This document shows, in pieces, positions 36,168-49,390 of a stretch of DNA of 64,000 bases. A model generated the notes under the pieces. It saw only the letters and a program-made list of their open reading frames with translations, was not told the DNA's origin and searched no databases. The stretch comes from Nymphaea colorata. Taxonomy: Eukaryota. Each line of letters begins with the position of its first letter. The stretch's first letter is position 1. The DNA is taken from assembly GCF_008831285.2 (NCBI RefSeq), contig NC_045138.2, forward strand, positions 1,240,001 to 1,304,000, read 5' to 3'. Made by a program: the position numbers and the translations under genes.

Positions 36168-37801
36168 GTTACAACACAAATTTGATGCCAATAAAGCAAC
36201 ACCTGAATAGACAGATGCACTTGTCTGTGTGGAGTGCATGAATATAAAATCAGATGAAGTTTTAAATAGGTTCGATCAGCAACAGCTAAATGCTGAGTGA
36301 CTGAAAATGACAAGACGCTCAAACCAGATGTGACCTATTTGCAGCCCATCTTATGCAGCTGCCCCAAAACGGTTGGCTGGAAGAGAGCATGCACTGGCTG
36401 GAGAGATGTCAATTCTATTTAAGAACTTTTTTTTTTAGTGAATAGGAGGTTGACAATTTATCATTCCCAAAAAAAAAGGACCTGAAGGTCTTCAGACAAC
36501 AAATCCATGTCCCATGTACTAATCCAATCTAAATTTTTCTTACAAAAGCTGGCTAGTCGAATCTGAGAATGAATCAAGCATTAGATTATGTCTGCACCAT
36601 CAACATCCCTAGTCAATTCTGTTTTCATTGTGAAACTCAACCACCGAAAGAGGAATTAAAATTTTGTATTTGTCCTACCTATATCCGAGTCAAGTCCAAT
36701 TGCTACTTTGAACACTGAAGTTCTTTTATATTATTTTAAAACTTGTGAGCCATCGACGTGTCTTTCATATTATTTTAAAACTTATTTTTATTTAATAAAT
36801 CCTGCACATCACATTATTTTATGTTGGTTTTTTTTTACCATTGGCTTCATTGGCAGATTGAAGACACAGAAATTAAAAATGTGTTTGAATGATAATTTTT
36901 TCAACTTTCATGAAATTCCCAAAAAAAAAATCGAAAATTTTTTAGTATAAATGCTGGCCAACTCACTAAACAATACAAAATTAATTAGCTTAAGACAAAA
37001 TCGCGTTGATAATTCATAAGAAATAGAACAAAGAAGATCAAAGAAATTAATCGCAATCTCTTAGATGTTCCACAGTTTTAATCATTTTTATGTTATCTTG
37101 AAATTGGTAATAACGCGATGCATTTAATTTAGGAGAGGTGACAAAATGGAAACTTACTACAGGAGACAAAGCATCAGCAATCAACAAAGGCATAAAAGAA
37201 ACAAAAAGGGACATAAGAAAAAAAATAGCAATTGAAGCAAGGACAAAAAAAAATATAAAGAACAAGAACCATACCAAGAACAAAAACAAGAGGGGAAAGA
37301 GGGAAGAGAAAGAGGTAAAAAGAAGAAGTCATCATGCCGCCAATGCAAAGCATGAGGTGGACATCTGCCTTCATAACACATCCAATAAAGGCAACACTTG
37401 CCATCGAGTTTTTGAACATTCGGTTGCCGCGCTCTTCCCAAACCTTCCACCAACAACAAAAGAGCCAAGACCATCAGGTCAATTACCAACCACTGCTGAC
37501 AGAGCGGATGGTAAAGAAAAGGGAGAGAGAGAGAGAGAGAGAGAGAATGGTGAAAACTCAACTACACTAGCTACCAACTAGTAAATCTCAAAGCAACCCG
37601 CTTAGGTAAGGGGTCAAACCTGAACTCAATCATGGCAAACCCATGCAAGTAAGAGGTTAAACTTACAACAAACTCAAATAACTCATTCACTAATGGGTTA
37701 AATCTGAGATGTCATATCAAACATGTTTTGTTTTCAAAATTTGGTGCTTATTTTTGCCATTAAGCACAACATACACCGGCTTAGTAGCAAAGAGGGGCAG
37801 C

Positions 37802-39981
37802 TGTTATCACTCTAAATTTTTCCAAAAGATTACACTCCATCTACTTAAACATAACCAATCTTTTTTACGGCAATTCGGTTATAATTTTAGACTTTGGGCC
37901 CAAGTTTGCCCCAAAACAGACCTCTAGACCCATATCTGAATCCAAATGCATGTTTTAAATCCAAAATCCAAATTCAAACACACATTTAGATCAAAATCCA
38001 AGTCCTAGATTCAAAATTTGCACCTCAAGCTAAAATAAAAACCCAAGGCCCATAATCGAGCATGACCAGCCAAAATTGAGTCCAAATTAGGAAACGGATC
38101 CATAACAGTTTTTGATCCTTTTTAACGCGCATGTGCACTTGCAAACCTCCATTTTGTTTTTTGTCCCAACCTTGTGCCAAAAACTTTGAAGAATATGTTC
38201 TGAGCCCAAAACACCCATCTAACCCTTGATCGAGCCTTGGGCATCGATTGGAATGAGTTTGCAATTGAGCGAACCCAATTCGGGTCTAAAACGTACCCAA
38301 AACCTCCCAAATTGAAACTGGAGCCATTTTAACAAAAGGACGGTTTTGCCTTTTAAAATATGCAATTAAAATAAATTAAATTTTTTTAGTGGACCCCACC
38401 TGCGGGGGCCAAGGACCTCTAAACCCTCCTTGTTGGCCCAAAAAATTAGCCAATAGGGGGAAAGCCTACCTTAGCCTCGCGTCAGGCCAATCCTAGCTGT
38501 GCATGGCCAAGGCAGGGCTTACGCCCAATGCAAGCCCTGTTTTGGGCTAAAATTTTGGGTCTCTTGACTGGACACTAGCCCTGCCAACACCCCCGAGTGT
38601 TTGCAGGGCTAAGGGTTAATTCCCTTTGGTAAAGGCCTATTAAAAAAATGGTTAAAAACCACTCATTTGGGGGTGGTTTTGGGTTTGTTGGATGGGCACT
38701 AACCCTGCCAACACCCTCAAATGGGTGTTTGCAGGACTAAGGGTCTATCCCTTTCATCAAGACCTATTAAAAAGTTTAAAAATAATTCAAAAAATACATG
38801 TAATTCGCATGAAAATCTTGTTAACTTAAAAAAAAAAAAATTAAATTTTGAGTTTTGGCTCCAAAATTCTTTATAAATACCCTTCAAATCTTTTCTCTTG
38901 GGTATGAGCTAACCCTAGGAGAACTTATAGAGTTTTCCATATGAGATTTTGAAGTTGTTCCCTTAGCTCTCCCCAACTCCCTTCTTCTCATTCCTCTTCT
39001 TCTTAAACCTTGGGAACAAACTTTTTCTTCAACTTTCATTCTTCAAGGCAGCACGAGAAGACCTCTTGAAGAGACATTCTCAACACCTTCGAAGCTTACT
39101 TAGGAAGGCTTTGGAATCATCTAGAGAAGAAGCTTAGTTCTCTAAGTAGTCTACTTAGAGGTATGTAGTCAATACCTCAATCATTTTATTTTCTCTTTTT
39201 TCATCTTCCCATGACCATATAAGGTAGCCCTAAAATTCTATCTCCAGAGTCAATAACTATTCTTGAGTGCACAGAGAGTATGAACAAGGTGAAATAGAAC
39301 TTCATTTTTCTTTCTAAGATTGACATGAGTTCCTTTCTTTGCTCATTAAATGTGCATTGTTTAATCTTAAAATGATCTCCATGCATAGTTTATTGATTTT
39401 TCAAATTAATATGTGAAAGAACAGTAAGAACGAGTGCTTGGGTTGGGATTTCTTTGTTATTATGTTGATTTTTGAGGTTGAAACTTATTCAACACAAGAA
39501 AGCCCTGACGAATGTGAACCCTCACGAATGTGAACAGGTTAAATTGTGTTTTCATGTCATTCTTACGTTTACCATTTCTCTTAATCACCCGATTAGGGAT
39601 CCCAATGATAGCTTTCTTATGTCATTAACTTTCTATTTCATGTATGCTTGCTTTTCTCTTATGCCCAACGTAGGAGATATAAATTTCCTTATGATAGATG
39701 AAATAATTATTCTTTTTCATGCTTATATGAGAATATTTTCAAACTTGTTTTCTAAAAGAATTTCAAAAGTAAGAACCCTCTTCAATGAGAACTTGGAGAT
39801 TTAGCCTAAGGTCTTGCATGACCCTAAGTTTCTTTCCGGCCTAAAAAAAAAAATCGAAGTTGGACATGCTAAGTTATCATTTGATTTTAACTTTTCATAT
39901 ATATATATAAATATATGTTTATGTATATGTATATTGTGCATGAAAATTTCTCTTTTTTATTTAACCTTTTCTTTTATATAC

Positions 39982-40047
<66 letters not shown>

Positions 40048-42800
40048 AAATTATGTGTATATTCTACTCTCTCTCCAAAACCTTCTTTCTCTCTTATTTA
40101 AAATCTTCTCTTATAAGTTTTCACATACGTAGACACACACACACATATATACATGTATGTCTCTCTTTTTGTTAAAATATTTATTTTATTTCAATATCTC
40201 TTTCCCTTTCTCTTTCTTTTTATTTCCCTTGGCTTAAAATCATTTTACAAACGATCACATATGTAAGTGCATGGATGTATATGAATGTGCATGCATATAT
40301 CATTTTCTCTAAAATCACTTCCTATTTCACTTTTTTCTTTTTTTTATTCATCTAAAAATCTCTTTTCTAACACTAAAAATTTTAATATTCATTTATCGAC
40401 TTTATTAAGACCAAAACTCAAGTAATGACTCAATGTTGAAAACTTGGTTGATCGTTTACTGCCATATTCTAATTTTAAAAACTTTTCTTTCTTTATAAGA
40501 ATATTTGTGACAACTTGATGGAAAATATATAAGAAAGTGTAAGAAACTCAAATGTGTGTGATGGTAAGAATGCTCTTAGATAAATGTTATGGTAGGAATG
40601 AATGATTTCTTTCAATCATATTGAATCAATTCATTCATTCACAATCACTTCTTAAAAGATCACAAGTACTTCTCCTTGAGAACTTAAGCAAGATGAGATG
40701 AAGCCCTAAGTAGGTAACCAAATTAGAGGAAAATCTTAAGTCTACTTAAGATTCTAGGGATAGACGAAATTGATTCCAAAAGGAATCCTCAAAAATATCA
40801 ACATTAGTTTCCAAGAATTTCCAAATGATAATTGCATGATTTGAAAGTCTTTCAAAATGGCTTAATTTCTCAAATGATACTTCAAAATTTTCTCATTCAA
40901 AAGACTTTGAAATTATTTTCAAACACAATACTGCATTTATGGTGAAAATGATGTTTAAGTAGAAATAAAATACATTAAGAGTAAGCATAGCACATGGATT
41001 AGGTATTCCCGATAAAGGCACCGGAAATGGCCAATCCTCGCACCGAAGGCGAGTCTCTTTTTCTCTCTTTTCAAAACAAAATCTTATTTTTTTTAAGTAC
41101 TTCAAAAACCAAAAACAATTTTGGGATGCAAACATGTCCAAAAATGTGTGGGCACATCCATGTGAATATAAGCGCTGTAGTGTTATCACCCCAAATTTTT
41201 CAAAAAAGGGGTGTATTTCATTTTCACTCAAATCTCAGTTATTTCATCTGGATTTAATTCTTGGGCCTTAAGCCCTATCCTAGACCCAAAACACATTCGT
41301 GACTATTCAATCCAAAATGAAATTCTGAACCCTTGTTCGAACCCAAATACAAAATTCAAATTCAAAACCCAACTCTAGATGCAAGATTCAAACCCAAAAT
41401 CCAACTACCGGATCCGAATAAGAACCAAAATCCAAGTTTAGATCTAAATCAAGAATCTCAAACTTAATATCCAAAATGGAGATCAAAACAACAAAATTTG
41501 ATGCTATCGATCACCACAGGTGCACACACAAACCTTCCCTTTGTTTTATATCTTGCCCTTGCACCAAAAATGTGTTTTTGATCTTAAATCACTCAGTAGA
41601 ACACATCGTCGACAATTTGAACCCAATCTGAATTCAAAACCAGCCCAGAGTGACTCAAAATGGAGTCACCCACCCATTTATAACAAAACCCAATTTTATA
41701 CACCTTTTAAATAGAAAAATAATAGTTGATGCCTTTTATGTGAACATATATTTTTATTTAATTATTTACTCATTTTATCTTCTTTTATTTCATTTTTATC
41801 TCATTTTATACCATTTTTATTTCAAGTTATTTCTTTATTTTAAATAATAAATAATAGCGCGTCACGTGATGCACACGCGATCATGTTACGCTATCGCTGC
41901 ACACAGCAGTGCGACGTGCATGCGATCGTGTTACGTGAGCAATGCGCCAATGCCATAGCACCTAGACCGGTGCCTACGCACTGTGCAGGCCCCATTTTCA
42001 TGTCTAAACCGCCCCTTGGGGGGTGGTTTTGGTCTCTTTGCATGGGCAATAGCCCTGCACACACCCCCAAAGGGGCATTGGCAGGGCTAATGGCCAATTC
42101 CACTTGGTCAAAGCCTATTTTAAAATTAAAAAAAATGAAATCATTCAAAAATATTTGAAATTTAAATGAAAATCTTGTTAAATTGCAAAAAAAAAAAATC
42201 AAATTTTAAATTTTGGCTCCAAAATTCTCTATATATACCACCGCAATCTTCCCTCTTGAGTGTGAGCCAACCATAGAGAAACCTCTAATGCTTTCTCACT
42301 TAAAATTTTTTATTTTCCTTTGGTTATCTCTTTTTTTTTCTTTATTTTTCTCCAACCTTGAAAGCAAGGTTTTTCTAGTTCAAACTCTTCATGAGCTCAC
42401 AAGGAGCTCTCTTGAAGCCATATTTCCATCATCTTGGAGCCTCAACCGAAGCGATCTTAAGATCATTCAAAGGAGAAGACTCGTCTATATTCGAGGTATG
42501 TAATCCTCCATTTTTATTTTCATTTCTTTTTGCTACCTTCCTATGGCCATACAAGAAAACTCAAATGATTTCCATTCGAGAATCAAGAGCCACTCTTCAG
42601 TGCATCGGAAGTATGAATAAGGCAAAATAATTTCCATTTCTTTATTTCTTTTTAGAAACATGCTTGTTATATGCTTAAGGTGATGTTCGTGCGTGATATG
42701 CTAATTTTCTTGAGCAATGAGCAAATGCATGGCAAGAATGAGTGTGGATTGGGATTTCTTCATCTTATGTTGATTTGCATGGTAAGTAAAAGTTCAAATT
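37802..42800 (+). mobile_element. Degenerate long-LTR (gypsy, Ogre/Tat-like) remnants, two related copies
   Basis: Two similar starts, TGTTATCACTCTAAATTTTT (37802) and TGTTATCACCCCAAATTTTT (41181). Diverged direct repeat ~38660-39470 vs ~42010-42780. No coding domains seen. Confidence 0.5.
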
Positions 42801-44498
42801 CAGATTAAATCTAAGGTATGACCTGTTACATGTAAAATTCGGGAACAGTTCTAGTTGGTTTTGGTTTTAGTTTTCCCAAATTGCACTCGACTACGGGCCC
42901 AGGTTTGAATCATATTATGCAGAAATTGATTAAGTTGGATCTGTCAACCCCTGGACCGGTCCCAATAATTTGGCATAGATGGATCGGATTGTGATATTTT
43001 GGATTTAAATAGCATGCCACGACCCGGCGCTCCATCCGACCCGGTCTTCTTTTCATTTCTCGTTTCAATCAAGCAAGTCTCATGGAAATGTTTTAGTTTG
43101 GATAATTCGAGGAAAGCCTCACGCTCGAAATTTTTTTTCTCGGCATCAAAAGATTCTTGACTTCTTAGTTTTGCTTTAATAATGTTAACAATCCCATCAA
43201 ATTAAGCATTAAACGAGTTAAATCAAATTGTTACATATTTTAAGATAACGAGACCGTAATATATATTTATATTTAACTTCGGGAGACATAATTTGCAGTT
43301 TTCAGCCAAATATCTACCAGTGAGTAAGTATAATAAGACAATATCATACCGCTGATAGATATTTGTATCAGTAAATGCTAGTCAAATACAATTAAGTATG
43401 GTATCTGTGCACTTAATTTCCTAAATGCTAGTCAAACAAGGAAACCACAAATAATAAGACAATAATACTTAAATTTGTAATGTGTCCAAAGTGCCGGTTT
43501 TTTTCTTGCTTTTCCATTTCGCACTTCTTCCACAAATGCAGTTCAGAGTTGCCACAAAAGAAGAGATTAAAGAAAAGAAAAGAATCTGAATATGTTTACC
43601 AACAAACGACATTAGCTATTAGGAGGTTTATGTGTTGATGCCGCGTGGTGACTTAACAATTAAGTTCAACTATTGGATCTGACATCTAACGTCGTGTTTT
43701 CGATCATATCATGATCCATATCCACAATTGGGTCCACAAGAATGAGCAGACATATATGAGCCATGAGTATCCTGACCAAGATCCATCTCGATTTCTTACC
43801 AAGCTAAAGTCCAAGAAACATATGCCCGTGAAATTGACAATGACACCAACACCAAATTGGGACGTCTTCTTCCAAATTCTTCCTCGGTTAACGATCTGGA
43901 TATTCCATACAAAAGCCACACAACAATCATTTTTTATTTCCACTATAGACATAACTGTTCCTGTCCAACTCCTCTCTCTCTCTCTCTCTCTCTCTCTTAA
44001 CAATCACATGTTTGCTACACTCACATGGTATTCTATTAGCTTCTCAACATCTAGGACTTCAAGGACACAAGCAACCTGGTTATATGCATAGGCCTGCGCA
44101 CAATTATATTATACGGAGACTCTTGTGCATGCCACGCACCCATAAAAGTGGGCGAGAAGCCCAACAAAAGTGCGCCAAAGGTAGAGTCCCGGCCGGCCCG
44201 ACTCTCGCCTCGGGCGGCCTCAGTCCCCCACTCACTCCCCTCCCTCTCTGCAGCTCTGCTCCCTTTCCCTTCCCATCTCCCTCTCCCTCTCCCTCTCTGG
44301 TTCCATCTCCCTCTCCGCCTCCATCCCCCACTCACTCCCCTGTCTCCCTCTCCCTCTCTGCTCCCGCTCCCTCTCTGGTTCCCTCTCCCTCTCCGCATCC
44401 ATCCCCCGCTCACTCCCCTCCCTCTCCGCTCCCCCTCTCCCTTCCCATCTCCCTATCCCTCTCCTTCTCTGCTCCCGCTCCCCCTAGGGTTCCCTGAG

Positions 44499-44832
44499 TC
44501 ACAACCATCATGAGGAAGGATGGTATTGAAGAAATCAGAAGTGACAAACGTCCTTGGAGTTTCCTGGGCCAAGCCCACTTCCAGGACAAGAGCTACAAGA
44601 ACAAACCCAAGAAACAGTGTGTAGCACTTCATGGTTCTGATTATGATCACTTCTCCTGTTGTGCCCAGCCTGGTGCATTCTATCCGGTATTTATAGGCAC
44701 CAAGTCAGTGATCACACTAGCAGAGTCTTTGAACTTATCAATTGAGGGTGCAGAGTCGTCGGTCTTCAGTGTAGCTTTGAAAGCTCCATTTCCCTTCCCC
44801 TTCAATTTCCTTCCACTACTTCTACATTGACC
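44499..44832 (-). pseudogene. GH19 chitinase 5' fragment (promoter, signal peptide, first ~45 codons)
   Basis: ATG at 44632: MKCYTLFLGFVLVALVLEVGLAQETPRTFVTSDFFNTILPHDGC. Paralogous to 53030-53395, broken by a CT-rich repeat. Confidence 0.88.
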
Positions 44833-44889
44833 AGTCTTTTCATTTGCGGAATTTTTACACAGGCCTTTTCTTTTTGCTTCAGTCCTCAT

Positions 44890-45357
44890 TAGGGGTGAAC
44901 ATGAGCGAGTCAAGCCCAAGTTCAGTTAGCTAGAGCTCGGCTCAACTAATGAAACCTCTAGTTCGACTCGTTTCGAGCTTGAAAATTGCTCGACGAAAGC
45001 AGCTCGAGCTCGACTCGAAAGTTATGTGTTGAACTCGAGCTCGACTCGATTCAGACTCGACAAACTCTTTTGAATAGAATTAATATTCATTGTTACTTGT
45101 TGAGCTCAAACTCGACTCGATTAAAGCTCGACAAACTCGTTTGAATAGAATTGATATTCAGCGTCACATGAGGAGCTCGAACTCGACTCGATTAAGACTC
45201 GACAAACTCGATTAAGGCTTGAGCTCGACTATACAGTTACGTGTTGAGCTCAAACTCAACTTGATTATTTGAACGAGTCGACTCATGAATTGGAGATTAA
45301 CTCGTTAAGCAAATGATCTCGAATTCGCTCATGAGTAGAGCTTGTTGTTCACCCCAA
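44890..45357. mobile_element. hAT-like MITE with GAGCTCGA/CTCGA repeats
   Basis: TIRs TAGGGGTGAACA ... TGTTCACCCCAA. Confidence 0.8.
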
Positions 45358-45629
45358 TTTGTAACCTTGGAGCCTTCCTCCAAAAAATTCAATTAAAAGG
45401 CGAATCCCTAGAGGAAAAAATTTGCATTTAATTTCATGCCTGTCCTGTTGCTAGAGCATTGTTGCGAATTCCACATGTTATAATCAAGTCAAGGATACAA
45501 GCATTTTGATTGTCAAAGGCAAGGGCACACACATAAATTTTCTCTGGGAGGGCCAAATTATTATTTCAAAACTTTAACTGGAGTTGAAAATAACTTTCTA
45601 AGTTTTTATATAGGATAATTGAGTTTGTT

Positions 45630-47845
45630 CTTTAGTAGGGAGATCGACATCATTGTCTTCTTCTAAATATATTGATGGAATAATGGCAGGAATGAATACC
45701 TGACTATTGCTTACAACATCCGTATGAGTGGACTCAGGTCCATCTTCAAAGGCAATGCTTCTAACCTGATCACCTCCCCAAACTCAATATCTTCAAAGAA
45801 ATAGGCATTTCCCGTTTCAAAGAAAGACTTACAGGATGTATTATCAAACTTATAACTCCTTAATGTTTGTTCATTTTTTCTTTATACATTCAATGCAAAC
45901 ATTAAAGTCTAAAAAATCAAGGGACTCAAGAATTCTATTTGACATAAGTCTTTTTATCCTCTTTTTAGAGATATGTCCTAAGCGCCTATGACATTCATCC
46001 TTGCAAAAGAAGCAGCCTGATTTGCCTTCCTTATGCTTCTTTTGTCTCTTAATGAATGCGTGATCAACTGCAATTTTCTTAACAGTCTTCCTTTTTTTAC
46101 TTTTAGGCGTAGTAGCCAAGTGAGCACTTTTTATCCTATCATGCTTCAATCTCTCCTCTTCTTCCACACAGTGCGAAATGAGCTCATTAAGAGTCCATTT
46201 CTCCTTCTGACAGTTATAACTAACTTTAAACTGTCCAAACTGTGGTGGAAGAGAAAGGAGAACCATATGCACTATAAAGTCTTCAGGTAACCTCAGACCT
46301 AGTGCCTGTAATTTTGAAGCAAGATGAGACATTTTTATAATGTGCTCTCGTATGTTCCCATTGTCTTTATACTTCAGCGTCACATGTTTACTCAAAAGAG
46401 TGCTTGTTTCAGCCTTTTAGTTTTTAACAAAACGTTTTTCAATCTTCGAGGAACGCTTTGACACTAGCCTTTTCATTAATTGAGCCTCTAAAGTTTTCTG
46501 GAATTAATCTCTTCATGATCATTAGACACATGCGGTTTGAGCGTTCCTACCGTTCAAAGTAACACTTATCCTCATGGGAACTTTCATCTGTTGGATGAGG
46601 TGGGCATGACTCCCTAAATGCAAGGTCTATATCCATACAACCCAGAATAATCATGATTGTTTCTTTTCAGTCCTTAACATTCGAACCATTTAACTCGGGA
46701 ATAGTACTCAAATTTGCAGATATCATGGAAGCAGAGCTCACTGTACAAAGAACAAACTAAAGCACGCTCACAATCAATACATGTACAAAGATGAAACAGT
46801 AAATATAAACGAATTTAAACACAATGGCCCAAAAACCCATCACAAGGTACCGGTGCAATGTAAATATCTAATCTTTGGATTGAAATACTAACTGCAAGTG
46901 GTATCCTTGGACAACAATAAATATAGATAATTAACTCTGTCAAACAACGAGCCTATCTTTGGATTGACTCGTTATTCACATGGAAACCTGAAAATTATCA
47001 TATATTCGTTGCCATGTATACTTAAACCTGACCAAACAACAATCCTCCTTTGGTTTGATCATTGCCCGCATGGATCAAGTATACTATCATCTAATGTTCA
47101 AAACAGGGAAATTCGTACAACAAAGGTCACTTTGGCGATATAAAGTACAAGCTTACTCATTGCGAACAATAGACAAGGCCAAAGTTCAATTCATGGTCCA
47201 AACATTCATCTAAAGCATATTCACAATTTTAATAACATGCAAAACATGATACATAAATTAAAATTGCATACAACATTATCCTTACTTTGAATCCAAGACC
47301 AAATGACTCAATGATATGGGATTAAAAGAGTTCAAAATTTTATAAACCGATACCATAATCGTGCTTAAGTGAGTCAAGAACCATTGAATCGGCCTTAAAA
47401 TGGCCCTAAATTGGCCTGAACTGGTTTAAAAATTGAACGAACCGTACAAAATTAAACCGTATCGATTCCAAAACCCACTGAACCGGTTTGAAAATAGCTA
47501 GAATCGGTTCAAAAATTGAATGAACCGGTCTGAAAAGCCCTGAATCAGTTTGAAAACTGAATGAACGGTTCCAAAACTGAATGTACCGGTCTGAAAAGCC
47601 CTGAATCGGTTTGAAAATCAACTGAATCAGTTTTGAAAATCAACTGAACCGGTCTAGAAAACAACTGAACCGGTTTGAAAATGGTCTGAATCGGTTCTAA
47701 AAGGTGCGAACCGGTTATAAATCAAACTGAATCGGTTCTAAACTTAATGAACCGGTTCTGTTTCAAAACAAACCGTATGGATACGGGTCGGGTCGGACCG
47801 GACCCGGTCAGAAAAACTTTAAGCGGGCGGAAGCCGGCGGCATTT
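45630..47845 (-). mobile_element. Ty1/copia (Angela-like) internal deletion derivative: leader, gag, fused to integrase remnants
   Basis: gag NIREHIIKMSHLASKL...QFKVSYNCQKEKWTLNELISHCVEEEERLK. Zinc knuckle start CFFCK is joined directly to HRRLGHISKKRI...CIECIK, then FFETGNAYFFED. Leader has GAACCGGTT repeats. Confidence 0.88.
47390..47760. repeat. Degenerate tandem repeats (GAACCGGT/GAATCGGT + TTGAAAA, ~20-22 bp period) in the retrotransposon leader
   Basis: Repeated CTGAACCGGTTTGAAAA-like units. Confidence 0.75.
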
Positions 47846-47853
47846 TTTTTAAA

Positions 47854-48105
47854 AAGTTTGCGAATTAGATCTGGCAATATGTTTTGACATGAAAGCAATA
47901 TACTATAAAATCAGATTAAACTATATCCTTCAATGCATCAGTTCTTACCAAATGAGATAAACCAGGATACCCAATAGCACATAATTTTTTGTATATCCCT
48001 TCTCCTGCCAGGTGTATATTGAAAATACAAAAAATGGAGAGTAATTGTTCACAAGCGTCTGAATCCTTTCAGGTGAGCGGGATCCTTATCATTTAGCTGC
48101 CAGAA
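47854..48105 (+). repeat. Copy of the F-box gene downstream region (58988-59275)
   Basis: AAGTTTGCGAATTAGATCTGGCAATA ... ATCCTTATCATTT-GCTGCCAG. Confidence 0.85.
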
Positions 48106-48107
48106 TA

Positions 48108-49390
48108 TGGACCCTGGCTTGGGCCCCGACCTGATGCTTCAGCCTGGGTCGGCCCGGCCAGGGTCGATCCACCCCGATAATATTTAAATTTTTTTTATTA
48201 TTTGTAATTTAAAAATATATATTTCACTATTAAAAAAATATTTTATAATTAAAAAAATATTTTTTTATTATCAAACGGGACGGGCCGGGACGGGCCGGGT
48301 CGGGCACGGGCCCGAGTTTCGACTATCGGGCTGGGCCCGGGCCCCGATCATCCCGGTAATATTTAAAAAATATTTTTTTATTATCAAGCCCGGGCCTTCG
48401 AGATCCATCCACAATGGGGCTCGTTTGAGCACCCATCTACCCCTTGCAGCTTTACGCAACATCGGGCCCGAGTTTCGACTATCGGGCTGGGCCTGAGCCA
48501 CGGTCAGCTCGGTAATATTTAAAAAATAATTTTTTATTATCAAGCCCGGGCCTTCGAGATCCATCCACAATGGGGCTCGTTTGAGCACCCATCTATCCCT
48601 TGCAGCTTTACGCAACATCATGCACCTGCGCACCCCATTTGAATCAAACCCTTTAGATAATCCATGCACATGCTTGAAAGTTGAATCTGTAGGAAATGAC
48701 AGAAAATTTACGTGGGCTTTATGTTGGCAAGATCAGGAACGGACAACGTGGTCAGCGACGAAGAAACAATGCGGGCTACGATCTCTACAACGACTTCCCC
48801 TACAAGAACATCAAGAGTCACTGGTCTCTTCATGGCACCCTTCCTCATGATCTTGCCCATGGTGCTCCTCTTCATCTTTCCTACTAAATTCTTTAAATTC
48901 GTAAGAACCAGTTTCTCTCTTTCTCTCCCTTCTATATTTATGAAGAGGTAGTTTCTTCGGTTAGGAAGTATTGTGAAAGCGTGCATAAATAGGCAGGTCC
49001 CAGCCCGTTTGATAATAAAAAAATAATTTTTATATTATAAAATAAATTTTTAAACAGTAAAATACATATTATCAAATTAAAAATAAATAAAAAATTATTT
49101 TTTAAATATTATTGGGCTGACCCAGGTGCAGACCCAGCCTGATAGCTGAAACCCAGGCCCGAGCTCGGGCTTGATAATAAAAAAATGTTTTATAAATTAT
49201 AAAATAATTTTTTTAATAGTACAATACAAATTATTAAATAGAAAAATAATAAAAAATTTATTATTAAAAAATTACTAGGCTGATCGAAGCCCGAGCCCGG
49301 CACGATAGTCGAAAACCTGGGCTCAAGCCCGACCCGGCTCGACCCATTTGATAGTAAAAAAATATTTTTAAATTATAAAATAATTCTCTC
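48108..49390. mobile_element. GGCCCG-rich MITE sequence surrounding an F-box fragment
   Basis: GGGCCCG motifs alternating with AT-rich blocks at 48108-48395, 48463-48552 and 49000-49390. Confidence 0.6.
48561..49000 (-). pseudogene. F-box gene promoter plus partial exon 1
   Basis: MGKIMRKGAMKRPVTLDVLVGEVVVEIVARIVSSS...KGFDSNGVRRCMMLRKAARDRWVL. Its end is repeated at ~48404-48463 by a ~157 bp tandem duplication. Confidence 0.8.

Noticed and set aside
37352..37372. GAGGTGGACATCTGCC resembling miR394 or its target
   Set aside because: Needs an indel plus mismatches, and no local precursor hairpin was seen
37047..37581. Lys-rich and Phe-rich ORFs, possible small peptide
   Set aside because: Compositional artefact of A-rich sequence, with no match to peptide families I recognise
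44012..44513. Pro/Ser-rich extensin-like ORFs (also 50055-50471)
   Set aside because: Translations of CT/GA-rich low-complexity repeat, with no signal peptide or gene structure
47390..47760. Palindromic short repeats (AACCGGTT) superficially like a CRISPR array
   Set aside because: Degenerate units without unique spacers, no cas genes, plant context, and located in a copia leader
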